Shown here one piece after another: positions 8,810 through 17,712 of a DNA stretch of 37,808 nt. The DNA comes from Nodosilinea sp. Its GTDB lineage: Bacteria; Cyanobacteriota; Cyanobacteriia; Phormidesmidales; Phormidesmidaceae. A model generated the notes under the pieces. The model searched no databases, had not been told where the DNA came from, and was given only the letters and a program-made list of their open reading frames with translations. The stretch lies in assembly GCA_049646225.1 (NCBI GenBank), contig JBARVK010000041.1, positions 1-37,808 of the forward strand, written 5' to 3'. The position numbers and the translations under genes were made by a program. How positions within the stretch are numbered: the first letter of the stretch is position 1; each line of letters opens with the position of its first letter.

Positions 8810-9637
8810 CTAGGACGCAAGCTGCGTCAGCGCATTCTCGACCGCCCTGGCCCATCCTTCTGGGGCGGGGGCCGGGGCAACGGGCCAGCCCCGGTCAACC
8901 AGCTGGGGGTGGGGGCCGTGGGCACTGGGCAGCACAATCGGGTAGTCGACGTTTTCGAGCATATCGAGGTCGTTGGGGCTGTTGCCCAAGCCAATGGTGA
9001 CAATGGTTTTAGCGTCGGGATGGCTGGTCTTAAAGAGCTGCACTAGCTGCTGTACGGCCCTACCCTTGCCCGCCTCGGCCCCGATCAGGTGCGAAAAGCG
9101 ATCGCCAATCACCACCCGAAAGCCCATCGCCTCTACCGCCTCCCGCAGCTGGTCGGGGGGCACATTTTTGGGGGTCATAAAGGGTTCGCTAAACTCTCGG
9201 GCCTTGGCCTGCTTGGCTTCATCGGGCGACAGGCCCGTGAGCTGCACCACCTGGTCAACGCTCCAGTCGCCAAAGCCTTTGAGGGGACGGCCCAGATCCT
9301 GGGCGATCGCCTTCAGCCCCGCCCGGGCGGTCACGTAGTTACAGCCCAGCTGCAGCACCCGATAGCCGTCGGTAGTCTCGCCCGGCGGCAGGGCAAAGCG
9401 AGTTTGCTCCGTCGGAATATAGACGGCGCTGCCGTTCTCGACCACGAAGGGATCGCGCAGCCCGGCATCCTGACGCAGCTGGGCTACTTCTTGGCAGGTT
9501 TTGCTAGTCACCGGCACCACCGGAATGCCCAGAGCACTGAGCTTGGTCAGGGTGGGCAGAGCCGCTGCATAGGCGTAAGTTTCGCCGTTGAGCAGGGTGC
9601 CGTCGAGGTCGGTAAATACAATGCAGGACATGGGCAT
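8810..9637 (-). CDS. HAD-IIB hydrolase, mannosyl/glucosyl-3-phosphoglycerate phosphatase family
   Basis: FTDLDGTLL, VTSKT, VENG, REFSEPF, GLGNSPNDLDML. Confidence 0.88.
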   Translation of the reverse strand: MPMSCIVFTDLDGTLLNGETYAYAAALPTLTKLSALGIPVVPVTSKTCQEVAQLRQDAGLRDPFVVENGSAVYIPTEQTRFALPPGETTDGYRVLQLGCNYVTARAGLKAIAQDLGRPLKGFGDWSVDQVVQLTGLSPDEAKQAKAREFSEPFMTPKNVPPDQLREAVEAMGFRVVIGDRFSHLIGAEAGKGRAVQQLVQLFKTSHPDAKTIVTIGLGNSPNDLDMLENVDYPIVLPSAHGPHPQLVDRGWPVAPAPAPEGWARAVENALTQLAS

Positions 9638-9845
9638 GACGCGGTAGATGTTACGGCTTGAGCATTCCAGTAGGCCATCTAAGCAGGGTGGGGCGATCGC
9701 CGACGGTGTGTAGCCTAGATTGTCTTATTTTTCCTTTCCCAATCAATAGCGAAACCATACCGAAACAGCTTTGCTTTGGGGCTGCTCTAAGGATAATCTG
9801 TTAGGGCTTGAGCCTAAGGCTGAGGTTTTGCTGTTCGCCCCCCGT

Positions 9846-10304
9846 ATGAGTAGTGTTATGGAGTTTAGAACCCCCGGTCAGGAGGCGGTCTACCATCGTA
9901 TTTTGCCTTGGATGCATGAGCTGTTTGGCGAATCGCTGGTGGTTTTTGAGGATGAACCTCTGTTTATTGTCAACTTTGGATCCGCTGTGGCTTCCACCCG
10001 CGTAGTGCCTTGGCATCAAGATGAAACCCTGATCACAACTCGATCTTACGTGGTCACTGATATTCAGCTCACCGCTGAACTGAGCTATTATTTGCTGCGC
10101 GAAAACAATGGTATTTACTTCGGCCGCTTTGCCTACGATGCTGAAGACGACATCGTGTTTGAACACAGTCTAGTGGGCGAAACTTGCGATCGCCTGGAAT
10201 TAAACCATTCGGTCACCACCGTCATTCGCATTGCTGATAGTTATGACGATGAAATTGTGGCCCGCTGGGGGGGAAAGCGCGCCCTCGATCGCTGGGCCTC
10301 CTGA
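9846..10304 (+). CDS. YbjN-like (T3SS-chaperone fold) protein
   Basis: Small acidic protein with YLLRENN..FGRF..D..DDIVFEHSL...IADSYDDEIVARWGG pattern; start ATG 9846 or 9858. Confidence 0.7.
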   Translation: MSSVMEFRTPGQEAVYHRILPWMHELFGESLVVFEDEPLFIVNFGSAVASTRVVPWHQDETLITTRSYVVTDIQLTAELSYYLLRENNGIYFGRFAYDAEDDIVFEHSLVGETCDRLELNHSVTTVIRIADSYDDEIVARWGGKRALDRWAS

Positions 10305-10385
10305 CGATTTGATCGCAGGAGGAACTTTTATTTAGTTAGTTTCGCGCTACAAAATAAACAGCTCACTGCACTGGGAGAAGCCGCC

Positions 10386-11216
10386 GTGGCTCGTCGCTGG
10401 ATTTGGATCGCTTTAGCCGGATTTTTGGTCGCGCTGCTGAGTGCGGGGCTGGCCTCGGCTCGGGTAGCGTCACCGCTGCCCTCTCAATTACCCAATCAAC
10501 TGATAGTGAGCCATCTATCTCCCATTCAAGCTACAGCCGAGGCGTCACTACAGGTCCTCAAGTCGCTGCCGTCGGGCGGCAGCGGTGTTACCCCTGCCAA
10601 CTACACCGACCTACAGCTGGCCCAGGCGGCCCCACCGCGTCAGGTTACGGCTCTGGCCGACCCCTCTAACTTCGGCGATCGCTACGCCACCGACATTGAT
10701 GGACGGGTGCTGCACAACGACTTTATTGCTGTGCTGCACGAGACCGTGGGCTCGGCCCAGAGCGCTCTGGGTCTTTTTCGCACCCACCACCCCCGCGACC
10801 AGGATCAGGTCAGCTACCACGCCCTGATTGGCCGCGACGGCACGATTTACTACATCGTGCCGCCTGAGAAACGAGCGTTTGGGGCCGGAAACTCAGTCTT
10901 TGATGGCCCCAATGGGGCCGAAACGGTGCGCACCAACCGGGCATTCCCGCCCTCGGTCAACAACTTTGCTTACCACATCTCCCTAGAAACCCCAGGCGAC
11001 GGCATGAACAACCGCCGTAGCCACAGCGGTTATACCCAAGCCCAGTATGCCTCTCTAGCCTGGCTGCTGGCCCAAACGACTATTCCCGACAGCCGCATTA
11101 CCACCCACCAGGCGGTCGATCGCTCCGGTAGCCGCATAGATCCGCGCAGCTTCAATGGTCAGGGGTTCTTTGCGCTACTGCGTCGCTACCCCACCCGCAG
11201 CGGGCTATCGAGCTAG
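10386..11216 (+). CDS. N-acetylmuramoyl-L-alanine amidase (Amidase_2/AmpD-like), exported
   Basis: N-terminal signal/TM; VLHET, VSYHALIGRDG, RAFGAG, HISLE, YTQAQY, ITTH, DP motifs. Confidence 0.88.
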   Translation: MARRWIWIALAGFLVALLSAGLASARVASPLPSQLPNQLIVSHLSPIQATAEASLQVLKSLPSGGSGVTPANYTDLQLAQAAPPRQVTALADPSNFGDRYATDIDGRVLHNDFIAVLHETVGSAQSALGLFRTHHPRDQDQVSYHALIGRDGTIYYIVPPEKRAFGAGNSVFDGPNGAETVRTNRAFPPSVNNFAYHISLETPGDGMNNRRSHSGYTQAQYASLAWLLAQTTIPDSRITTHQAVDRSGSRIDPRSFNGQGFFALLRRYPTRSGLSS

Positions 11217-11887
11217 GGTAGCCGCTCAAAGTACACCACCATCTCGTAAATGGTGGGGGCTAACAGGTCTAAGTTGGGGTTAGCGCTGGCGAAGAGCTGA
11301 CTGCCCATCATCGCCCGGTAGGCCTCAGGATGTTGATCGATGTCTTTCTCTGCTGGACTCAGCCGCAGCAGCAGGTAGCCGTCATACTGGTCTAGCTGAC
11401 TACCGGCCAGAGCCACCGTGCCGCTATAGTCCCAGGCAAAGCCGTAGATTTGAAAGGTGCCTAGAATGGCTTCTACCTCTGCATAGGGAACGCCAACCCC
11501 TAGTCCTTCTGGGGTTTGCCAAGCGGGGCCAAAGTCTCGGATCAGCTCGGGCTGAGTTTGGCTGGCGTCTTGCCACACCACCGAAAACTGCTGGTTGGGG
11601 CCAGGGATAACAATGGTTCCAGCGGCTGTGGTGCCCTCTCCCATCGGAATAGGGGCATCTTCGAGGGCGGTCTCGCCATAGCGGGCGGCTAAATCGGCTC
11701 GGCTGGTCTCGGCGGTAACCGGACCAACCCTCTGCCCCGGAATCACCAGGGTATCGTTGGCTGGTGACCTCGTCTCGCCTGGGTCCGGCGATGTCGGCTG
11801 AGACGGCGGACTGGGGGTGGAGGGCCACTGACAGCTAGCCAGCGGCAGTAGCAACAGCAGCAAGATTGGGTTTAAAGAGCGTGCCAC
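11213..11887 (-). CDS. Hypothetical lipoprotein
   Basis: Lipobox LLLLLPLASC followed by a Pro/Ser linker; FAWDYSG motif. Confidence 0.75.
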   Translation of the reverse strand: MARSLNPILLLLLLPLASCQWPSTPSPPSQPTSPDPGETRSPANDTLVIPGQRVGPVTAETSRADLAARYGETALEDAPIPMGEGTTAAGTIVIPGPNQQFSVVWQDASQTQPELIRDFGPAWQTPEGLGVGVPYAEVEAILGTFQIYGFAWDYSGTVALAGSQLDQYDGYLLLRLSPAEKDIDQHPEAYRAMMGSQLFASANPNLDLLAPTIYEMVVYFERLP

Positions 11888-12007
11888 AGCAAAGAGGTCT
11901 CTGAGGTTTAAGTACCAACAGCTTGGAGCTGGTAAACCTGCGGTATTGGCGCAGACTAGTGCTCGCAGGTTGAACTACACTCGCCGCGCTGACTCGCTGA
12001 TTGAGCC

Positions 12008-12742
12008 CTAGGGCACTAGGTGATGGCTGATGGCAAACCGCAGCAGCTCAGAACGGTTGCTGGTGTCAGTTTTGCGCAGCAGACTGCTGACGTACTTCTC
12101 GACGGTTCTAGGGCTTAAAAACAGGCGATCGCCGATTTGAGCATTCGACAACCCGTCTGACAGCAGGGCCAAAACATCTTGCTCACGGGTGGTAAAGTCA
12201 GCTGCCACATCGATGGTGGCAGAAGACCAGGGAACATCCGCCCCGGTGAGGGGGGGCGGGGTGATCTCGGGTGGTAATGGAGATGAATCCAGCGGTGACG
12301 CATTTGTCTGCATAGCGCGCTGCTGGGCCGTACTCAGCGCCACCTGCTGAATCCAAGCCGACTGAATCAGCTGCGATCGCTCCAGCAGATTGCGCACGAT
12401 CGCCCCAACCTCCTGTAGCTCAAAGGGTTTGGGCAGGTATAGGTCGCAGCCCAGCTGGTAGCCCTTAATCCGATCCTTGGTTCGAGTGTGGGCGGTGAGA
12501 AAAATAACCGGCAGCAGCCGAAACGCTGGAAACTGACGCACCTTTTGCACCAGGGAATAGCCGTCTAACCCAGGCATACCAACGTCGGTAATAATCAACT
12601 GAGGTTGATGGCTAAATACCTGCTGTAGCGCCATTTCACCATGGCTGGCCATCAGCACAGAGTAGCCCTCAAACTCTAAGTAGTCGCATAGCGAAAGGCG
12701 AGTGCCTTCATCGTCTTCCGCAATTAATATCGTTAGCGGCAT
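12008..12742 (-). CDS. NarL/LuxR-family response regulator (Ycf29-like)
   Basis: REC domain (AEDD, ITDVGMP, FLTA, PKPF) plus HTH (TTREQDVL..GLSNAQIG..LFLSPRTVEKYVSSLLRK). Confidence 0.92.
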   Translation of the reverse strand: MPLTILIAEDDEGTRLSLCDYLEFEGYSVLMASHGEMALQQVFSHQPQLIITDVGMPGLDGYSLVQKVRQFPAFRLLPVIFLTAHTRTKDRIKGYQLGCDLYLPKPFELQEVGAIVRNLLERSQLIQSAWIQQVALSTAQQRAMQTNASPLDSSPLPPEITPPPLTGADVPWSSATIDVAADFTTREQDVLALLSDGLSNAQIGDRLFLSPRTVEKYVSSLLRKTDTSNRSELLRFAISHHLVP

Positions 12743-12977
12743 GACGTTACACCTGGTCTAAAGCATAGGCAGAAGAAACTCAATGGCCAACGGCCACGAT
12801 CTAGACCCTGACACGCAGTCCAGTTAAGCACCCCTGCATCCATAGCCTAAACGAGAATCCGAGTAGCGGGTTTATTTGTTGCTGAAGTTAAACTGTTTCG
12901 GAGTAAACACTCCGCCACGCTTAACAATGTGTCGTCCTTAGAACCAAAATGCTTTGTACACGGCTGGGGGCCTCGTA

Positions 12978-13772
12978 TTAGCCCAGACGGTAGCCAAAGC
13001 CCCGCACGGTTTTAAGGTACTGGGGATGGCTGGGGTCAACCTCCAGCTTTTCGCGAATCCAGCGAATATGCACGTCTACGGTTTTGTTGTCGCCCATAAA
13101 GTCGTGGCCCCAAACGTGATCAATAATTTGATCGCGGGACCACACCCGTCGGGGCTGACCCATAAATAGCTCTAAAATCCGAAATTCTTTGGGAGAAAGG
13201 TTGATTTCTGTCCCATGCAGAAAAACTCGGCACTCCCGGGGGTGCAGCGCAATCGCTTCAAACTTGAGCACGTCGTCTTGTTCGGCGGTAGATTTGCCTC
13301 GCTGCCGCCGCAGTAGGGCTCGACAGCTAGCGACCAGTTCGCGCATGCCAAAGGGCTTGGTAAGGTAGTCATCGGCCCCAATTTCAAGCCCTACAACCCG
13401 ATCGGTTTCGGTGCCCTTGGCGCTGAGCACTAGAATGGGCACGTCGATACCCTGATGACGCAGCAGTCGGCATAGATCAAGCCCATTCATTCCGGGCAGC
13501 ATGAGATCTAGCACCACCAGATTAATTTCTGGTCTGTCGGTGCGACTTAGTACCGAGGTGCCTCCCAGCATATCTAGCGCGGTTAAACCGTCGGCGGCGA
13601 CAAGAATGTCGAACCCTTCTTCGGCCAACGCCAGGGCCACCGTTTCTCGAATCAGCTCTTCGTCTTCGACAATCAGCACCCGACCTAAACCAACTTTGAG
13701 ATTAGGCTGAGACTGAGCCGTAAGATTTGCAGAATCCATAGGGAACGGTTCAAAACTGCTCACTATAATCAT
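12978..13772 (-). CDS. OmpR/PhoB-family response regulator (SphR/PhoB-like)
   Basis: VEDE, LDLMLPG, GADDYLTKPF, SPKEF, KTVDVHIRWIREKLE, TVRGFGYR; start may be 13739. Confidence 0.9.
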   Translation of the reverse strand: MIIVSSFEPFPMDSANLTAQSQPNLKVGLGRVLIVEDEELIRETVALALAEEGFDILVAADGLTALDMLGGTSVLSRTDRPEINLVVLDLMLPGMNGLDLCRLLRHQGIDVPILVLSAKGTETDRVVGLEIGADDYLTKPFGMRELVASCRALLRRQRGKSTAEQDDVLKFEAIALHPRECRVFLHGTEINLSPKEFRILELFMGQPRRVWSRDQIIDHVWGHDFMGDNKTVDVHIRWIREKLEVDPSHPQYLKTVRGFGYRLG

Positions 13773-13897
13773 ATCAGTCTTAAGAGAGATGGAATAGGCT
13801 CAACTCGGCTAGCCCTCGAAAGGTGAGATCCACCCACTGTTTTGGCTCGCTTGGCTCCCTAGCTCTTCCGCTTTCAAAAATAGTCCCTACCTTCTAC

Positions 13898-15238
13898 TCA
13901 CTTAGGGCAGTCGGCGCTCACCAAGTCCTCAATGGCGGCTGCGGCGGTTGGTAACTTGGCGGTCAAGACGGTGCAGCCGGTAGCCGTAATCTGCACATCG
14001 TCTTCGATACGAATGCCGCGCACCTTTTGAAAGTCATCCAGACGATCCCAATTGACCGTATCGCTGTACCGACCCGACTGCCGGGCCGGGCCTAAAATGC
14101 CGGGTACTTGATAAAATCCTGGCTCGATGGTAACCACCATATTGGCTGCCAGGGGCCGATCGAGTCGCAGAAACTTGAGCCCAAAGCGATCGCTGCGGCT
14201 GCGTCCCTGGGCATAGCCCGCCACATCGCCCAGATCTTCCATATCGTGCACATCTAGCCCCAATAAATGCCCCACGCCATGGGGAAAGAATAGCGTGTGG
14301 ATATCTTGCTCCACCAGGCTGTCGGGGTGGCCCTTGAGCAGGCCCAAATCAACCAACCCGGCAGTCAGAGTACGGCAGGCGAGCAGGTGCAGATCGCGGT
14401 ACTCAACGCCGGGACGGGCGGCGGCAATGCAGGCATCGTGGGCCTCTAGCACCACGTCGTAGATATCTCGCTGGGGGGCGCTAAATCGCCCCGACACCGG
14501 CCAGGTGCGGGTAATATCTGAGGCCCAGCCGCTAGGGGCTTCGGCTCCGACATCGGCCAGCAGCAGGTCGCCGGGCACCAGGGTATGGTGGTACTGCTCG
14601 TTGTGCAGCACTTCGCCGTGGACGGTGACAATGCTGTTGTAGGCGCAGGTCATGTTCTGGGCCATGATTACCTGCTCCATAGCGGCCCGCACTGCGGCTT
14701 CGGTGGTAACTCTGGGAGTAGCGGCCATGCCGGCTCGGTGGGCGGCGACTGATACCGCAGCGGCGCGTTTAATCTGCGCCAACGCCTCGTCGTCGTGGTG
14801 CAGCCGTAGGGCGACTAGAGCCTCGACTAGCACCTGGCTGCGAGTTGGGTGGGCGGCAGCCTGAGCGGGTAGGGTAGCCGCCTCTGTGAGGTAAAGATTT
14901 GCATCGTTGTAGGGATAGGCCGCGATCGCTCCGATTTCAGCCGCGATCGCATCGCGGCTGGCGGTGGGCCCATGCCAAAGAGCGGCCTCTGGGGATGGGT
15001 CATCCATAAATAGGGTTAACCGGCCACCCTCTAGATGAATGGCAGCATTGGCTAGGGGCCGTCCGGCGAAATACAGGAAGTGACTGTTGGCCCGAAAGGG
15101 GTAAACATTGGCCGGGAAGTTGCGCGGCATCGCCTGCCCTGACCACAGCACCACCGGATTTGGGTGCAAATCGGCGAGGCGATCGCGGCGCTGCTGAAGC
15201 ACCTGAGTCAGGGGTAGCGGTGGAGTCTGAAGTGGCAT
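13898..15238 (-). CDS. pepP: Xaa-Pro aminopeptidase (M24B)
   Basis: VLH, LADVG, SDITRTWP, PHGVGHLLGLDVHD, TIEPGFY, GIRIEDD. Confidence 0.9.
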   Translation of the reverse strand: MPLQTPPLPLTQVLQQRRDRLADLHPNPVVLWSGQAMPRNFPANVYPFRANSHFLYFAGRPLANAAIHLEGGRLTLFMDDPSPEAALWHGPTASRDAIAAEIGAIAAYPYNDANLYLTEAATLPAQAAAHPTRSQVLVEALVALRLHHDDEALAQIKRAAAVSVAAHRAGMAATPRVTTEAAVRAAMEQVIMAQNMTCAYNSIVTVHGEVLHNEQYHHTLVPGDLLLADVGAEAPSGWASDITRTWPVSGRFSAPQRDIYDVVLEAHDACIAAARPGVEYRDLHLLACRTLTAGLVDLGLLKGHPDSLVEQDIHTLFFPHGVGHLLGLDVHDMEDLGDVAGYAQGRSRSDRFGLKFLRLDRPLAANMVVTIEPGFYQVPGILGPARQSGRYSDTVNWDRLDDFQKVRGIRIEDDVQITATGCTVLTAKLPTAAAAIEDLVSADCPK

Positions 15239-15507
15239 AGATAACTCGATTCCATAATGTTCTACATCTGCCCGAGCGCTTGAGCTAGCGGCGGAACACC
15301 AGTTGTGGTCACCCGCTCTGGTAAGAGCCGCTGACCAGCCTTCTAAATCTAGCGTTAACCCCCTTAGCGCTGCTCATCAACCCCAAACCTCGTCCGGATC
15401 TTTTAGAATGAAGAAATAATTAATTTTTGGTATATACCCCATTTAAATGTCAGTTCAAATGAACTATTGTTGGATCTATACCAGCTAGCCTATTTAGGTG
15501 CAGCGCT

Positions 15508-15825
15508 ATGGCTTCCTTAACAATTCGGCCCGGGTCACGGGTGCGCCTCAAGGGGCAAGACAACCATGTACCAGACTTTGTGGTTGTGCGATGCGATCGC
15601 GATCGCTGCTGGATTCGACAGCAGGATTGGGCCCCCAACGTAGAGCTTAACGTCAGCTTCAAGCAGCTGTGGGTGCCCCCCGAACCTGGCTCTATCCTGC
15701 CTCTGACCCTGGCCAAGCAGGTCAAAGCCGTTGGGTTGGTAGCTCCCCACAGCGATCATCGAGCTGGCGACAACGTGGTCTACATGGCGGCGTACCGCTG
15801 CCGCAAAGCCCCTCAGGAGCGCTAG
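15508..15825 (+). CDS. Small hypothetical protein (predicted beta-rich N-terminal domain)
   Basis: ATG preceded by AGGTG and an AT-rich promoter region; PGSRVRL...FVVVRCDRDRCWIRQQDW; contains HIP1 sites. Confidence 0.65.
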   Translation: MASLTIRPGSRVRLKGQDNHVPDFVVVRCDRDRCWIRQQDWAPNVELNVSFKQLWVPPEPGSILPLTLAKQVKAVGLVAPHSDHRAGDNVVYMAAYRCRKAPQER

Positions 15826-15896
15826 GGCCAGGGCTGGGTGAGGGTGTGACTACAGGTCAAGAATTGAGGCTGACTGGCCCCACCACGTCGCCCAGG

Positions 15897-15905
15897 TGCT
15901 ACGAT
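15897..15905 (+). promoter_or_regulatory. Extended -10 element for the riboswitch transcript
   Basis: TG-c-TACGAT, about 7 nt upstream of riboswitch P1. Confidence 0.5.
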
Positions 15906-15911
15906 TCAACT

Positions 15912-16126
15912 CTGTCGGTTTTAGCGGGGGTCAGCCGCTGAAGGAAACGGGGAAAGCGCAGTGTAAATCTGCCACTGTCCCGCAGCTGTAAGCCGATTTG
16001 CGATTTTAGCGTTGCGATTTTGGATTGATACCTGTCCAAAATCTGACATCTGAAATCCAAAATCGAGTGAGTCAGAATGCCCGCCGATGGATGTTCACGT
16101 CATATTCCATCTGCGAGGTACAGATG
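15912..16126 (+). ncRNA. Cobalamin (B12) riboswitch with expression platform
   Basis: TGTCGGTT..GAAGGAAACGGGGAAAG..GTGTAAATC..CACTGTCCCGCAGCTGTAAG..GAGTCAGAATGCCCGCCGA (B12 box). Downstream hairpin CATCTG-CGAGGTA-CAGATG (16108-16126) holds the SD and AUG. Confidence 0.92.
15994..16065. repeat. Heptamer-based inverted repeat inside the riboswitch
   Basis: CGATTTG CGATTTT AGCGTTG CGATTTT GGA ... TCCAAAATC TGACATC TGAAATC CAAAATCG. Confidence 0.75.
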
Positions 16127-16216
16127 ACTAATCATGGTCTTTGGTTTAGCCTGGGAAATTTTCACCCTGGGCATAGGTTTACAGCTGCTGCGCTGCTTTT
16201 TTTCGGGGCGGGGTAG
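16124..16216 (+). CDS. 30-aa ORF directly under riboswitch control (leader peptide, or N-terminus of the next gene)
   Basis: GAGG SD plus ATG 16124: MTNHGLWFSLGNFHPGHRFTAAALLFFGAG*; its stop overlaps GTG 16216. Confidence 0.5.
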   Translation: MTNHGLWFSLGNFHPGHRFTAAALLFFGAG

Positions 16217-16683
16217 TGGCTATGCGAGTTAAAGATGCTGTGTGGCAGGGCTGCTTTGGCGACTGGCAGCCGCTGTTTATTCGCGAATATTGGCTCCCCC
16301 TCGGCTATGTGGCCTGGCAGGGTTTTTTGCGCCAGGGCCGAGGCCTGGTGCAATGCGAAGTGCGAGGCGTTAGCGCCGCTATCGACTGGGGTATTGATCC
16401 AGTTGCCTACACTGCCGAGTTTGTGGCCCAGGCGGCACTGCCGAACCGCTGGCAGGGGCTAGGACTGGCCGCCGAGCACTGGCCTGCCCTAGATACCGTC
16501 GTTGCCGGATATGAACCAGCCCAGGACATCATTTTGCTGCTGCTGGGCGACGCGCAGCCCTACATCACCCATTTACAGGGGTGGGCGGTGCCGCCGCCGG
16601 AATGCTCTCGCCAAATGGGTGCTTCGCGTCGCGATCCGTCCCAGACTCGCCAGGCGGAGTTCAACCTCTCCCCGGCCCCCTAA
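16216..16683 (+). CDS. Hypothetical protein, riboswitch-downstream
   Basis: 155-aa ORF, Trp-rich (AWQGFLRQGRG, YEPAQDIILL); start GTG 16216 or ATG 16222, or fused to the 16124 ORF. Confidence 0.7.
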   Translation: MAMRVKDAVWQGCFGDWQPLFIREYWLPLGYVAWQGFLRQGRGLVQCEVRGVSAAIDWGIDPVAYTAEFVAQAALPNRWQGLGLAAEHWPALDTVVAGYEPAQDIILLLLGDAQPYITHLQGWAVPPPECSRQMGASRRDPSQTRQAEFNLSPAP

Positions 16684-16759
16684 CGCTATTTTTCTCCGTC
16701 AGCCGACCTCGACCGATGGATCGCTGGCGATCTCTACGAACCCTATTGTCTAAAACTCA

Positions 16760-17149
16760 ATGACCCAAAAACCCACGCTATTTGTCTGCGCTCTGTGCAA
16801 AGGTCCCGCCGTTGAAACGGCTGAAGGCATAATCGGGGGACAGCGCCTGCTTGAACAGTTGACTAAGTCTCTAAGCGAGGAGGTTATGATTCAGCCGGTG
16901 CGCTGTATGGCCGCCTGCGATCGCGCCTGCAATGCCGCCCTCACCGCCCCTGGCAAGCTAACGTTTATCTTTAACGACCTCTCACCCCACCAGGCGGCCC
17001 CAGAGCTGACGGAGTTTTGTCGCCAGTACGCCGCCGCCGAGACGGGGAAGGTGCCCTACGGGCTGCGATCGCCCGCCATTAAGCAGGCCACGGCCTACGT
17101 GCTGCCGCCGTTGCTGGCTGAAGCCGTGGAGGGTGCGATCGCCCGGTAG
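16760..17149 (+). CDS. DUF1636-like putative metal-binding protein
   Basis: TLFVCALC...VRCMAACDRAC..AL.APGKLTFIF.DL..G.VP...R...PP pattern; this family is commonly found downstream of B12 riboswitches. Confidence 0.82.
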   Translation: MTQKPTLFVCALCKGPAVETAEGIIGGQRLLEQLTKSLSEEVMIQPVRCMAACDRACNAALTAPGKLTFIFNDLSPHQAAPELTEFCRQYAAAETGKVPYGLRSPAIKQATAYVLPPLLAEAVEGAIAR

Positions 17150-17162
17150 GGTCGGTAGCAAT

Positions 17163-17220
17163 GGAGTAGGAGAGTGATGTGTCTGATCCATCCCATCACC
17201 CCATCACCCCATTACTCCCC
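17163..17220. repeat. Short 8-bp tandem repeat hairpin between convergent genes
   Basis: (C)CCCATCA CCCCATCA CCCCATTA CTCC, with partly complementary GGAGTAGG AGAGTGAT upstream. Confidence 0.55.
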
Positions 17221-17712
17221 ACCGACAATCTCAAACTCCAGCCCAAACGCCTGCACTAAATCACAGGTCTGGTGGTCGGTAACGTTCGTATCGCTCAGCT
17301 CCAAGTTGTAGAAGCTAACGCTAGGATGCGTGAAATATGGCCCAGCGTGCCAGGTGCCCAGATCTAGTTTGATAAAGCAGTTGCCGGGGATATGGAAGGC
17401 CTGAATGCTCTGCGAGTCGGGCTGTTCAGATGATCCGGGTGGCGCTACTCCTATGACCCAGTCTTTGCCCTCCAGCGCCCCGAGGCACTGGGTGCAGCGC
17501 TGGTGCCGGGTAATGGTGCGAAATTGGGTGCCCCTGTCTAGCAGGGTCATGATGTAGAAGCGGGGAACGCCAGCCTCGAGCTTGAGCTGGGCATCGCCTG
17601 GGCCAAAGGGGGCTCCGTCGGCGCTGGGGAAGATGACCTGGCCAAAGGGCGCAAAGCTCTCTGGGGTAATGGGTTGGGCTGTAAGCTTTTGCAGGGTCAA
17701 AGGAAAAGCCAT
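17212..17712 (-). CDS. Ureidoglycolate lyase/hydrolase (AllA family)
   Basis: ITPESFAPFGQVI, ITRH...TQCLG, GTWHAGP, FYNLELSDTN. Confidence 0.8.
   Translation of the reverse strand: MAFPLTLQKLTAQPITPESFAPFGQVIFPSADGAPFGPGDAQLKLEAGVPRFYIMTLLDRGTQFRTITRHQRCTQCLGALEGKDWVIGVAPPGSSEQPDSQSIQAFHIPGNCFIKLDLGTWHAGPYFTHPSVSFYNLELSDTNVTDHQTCDLVQAFGLEFEIVGGE

Noticed and set aside
15994..16065. Possible CRISPR array or mini-array
   Set aside because: Units are 7-bp tandem repeats with no unique spacers, and no cas genes are present.
16025..16123. 5' part of the 63-aa ORF 16025..16216
   Set aside because: It overlaps the riboswitch aptamer and repeat; the plausible start is ATG 16124.
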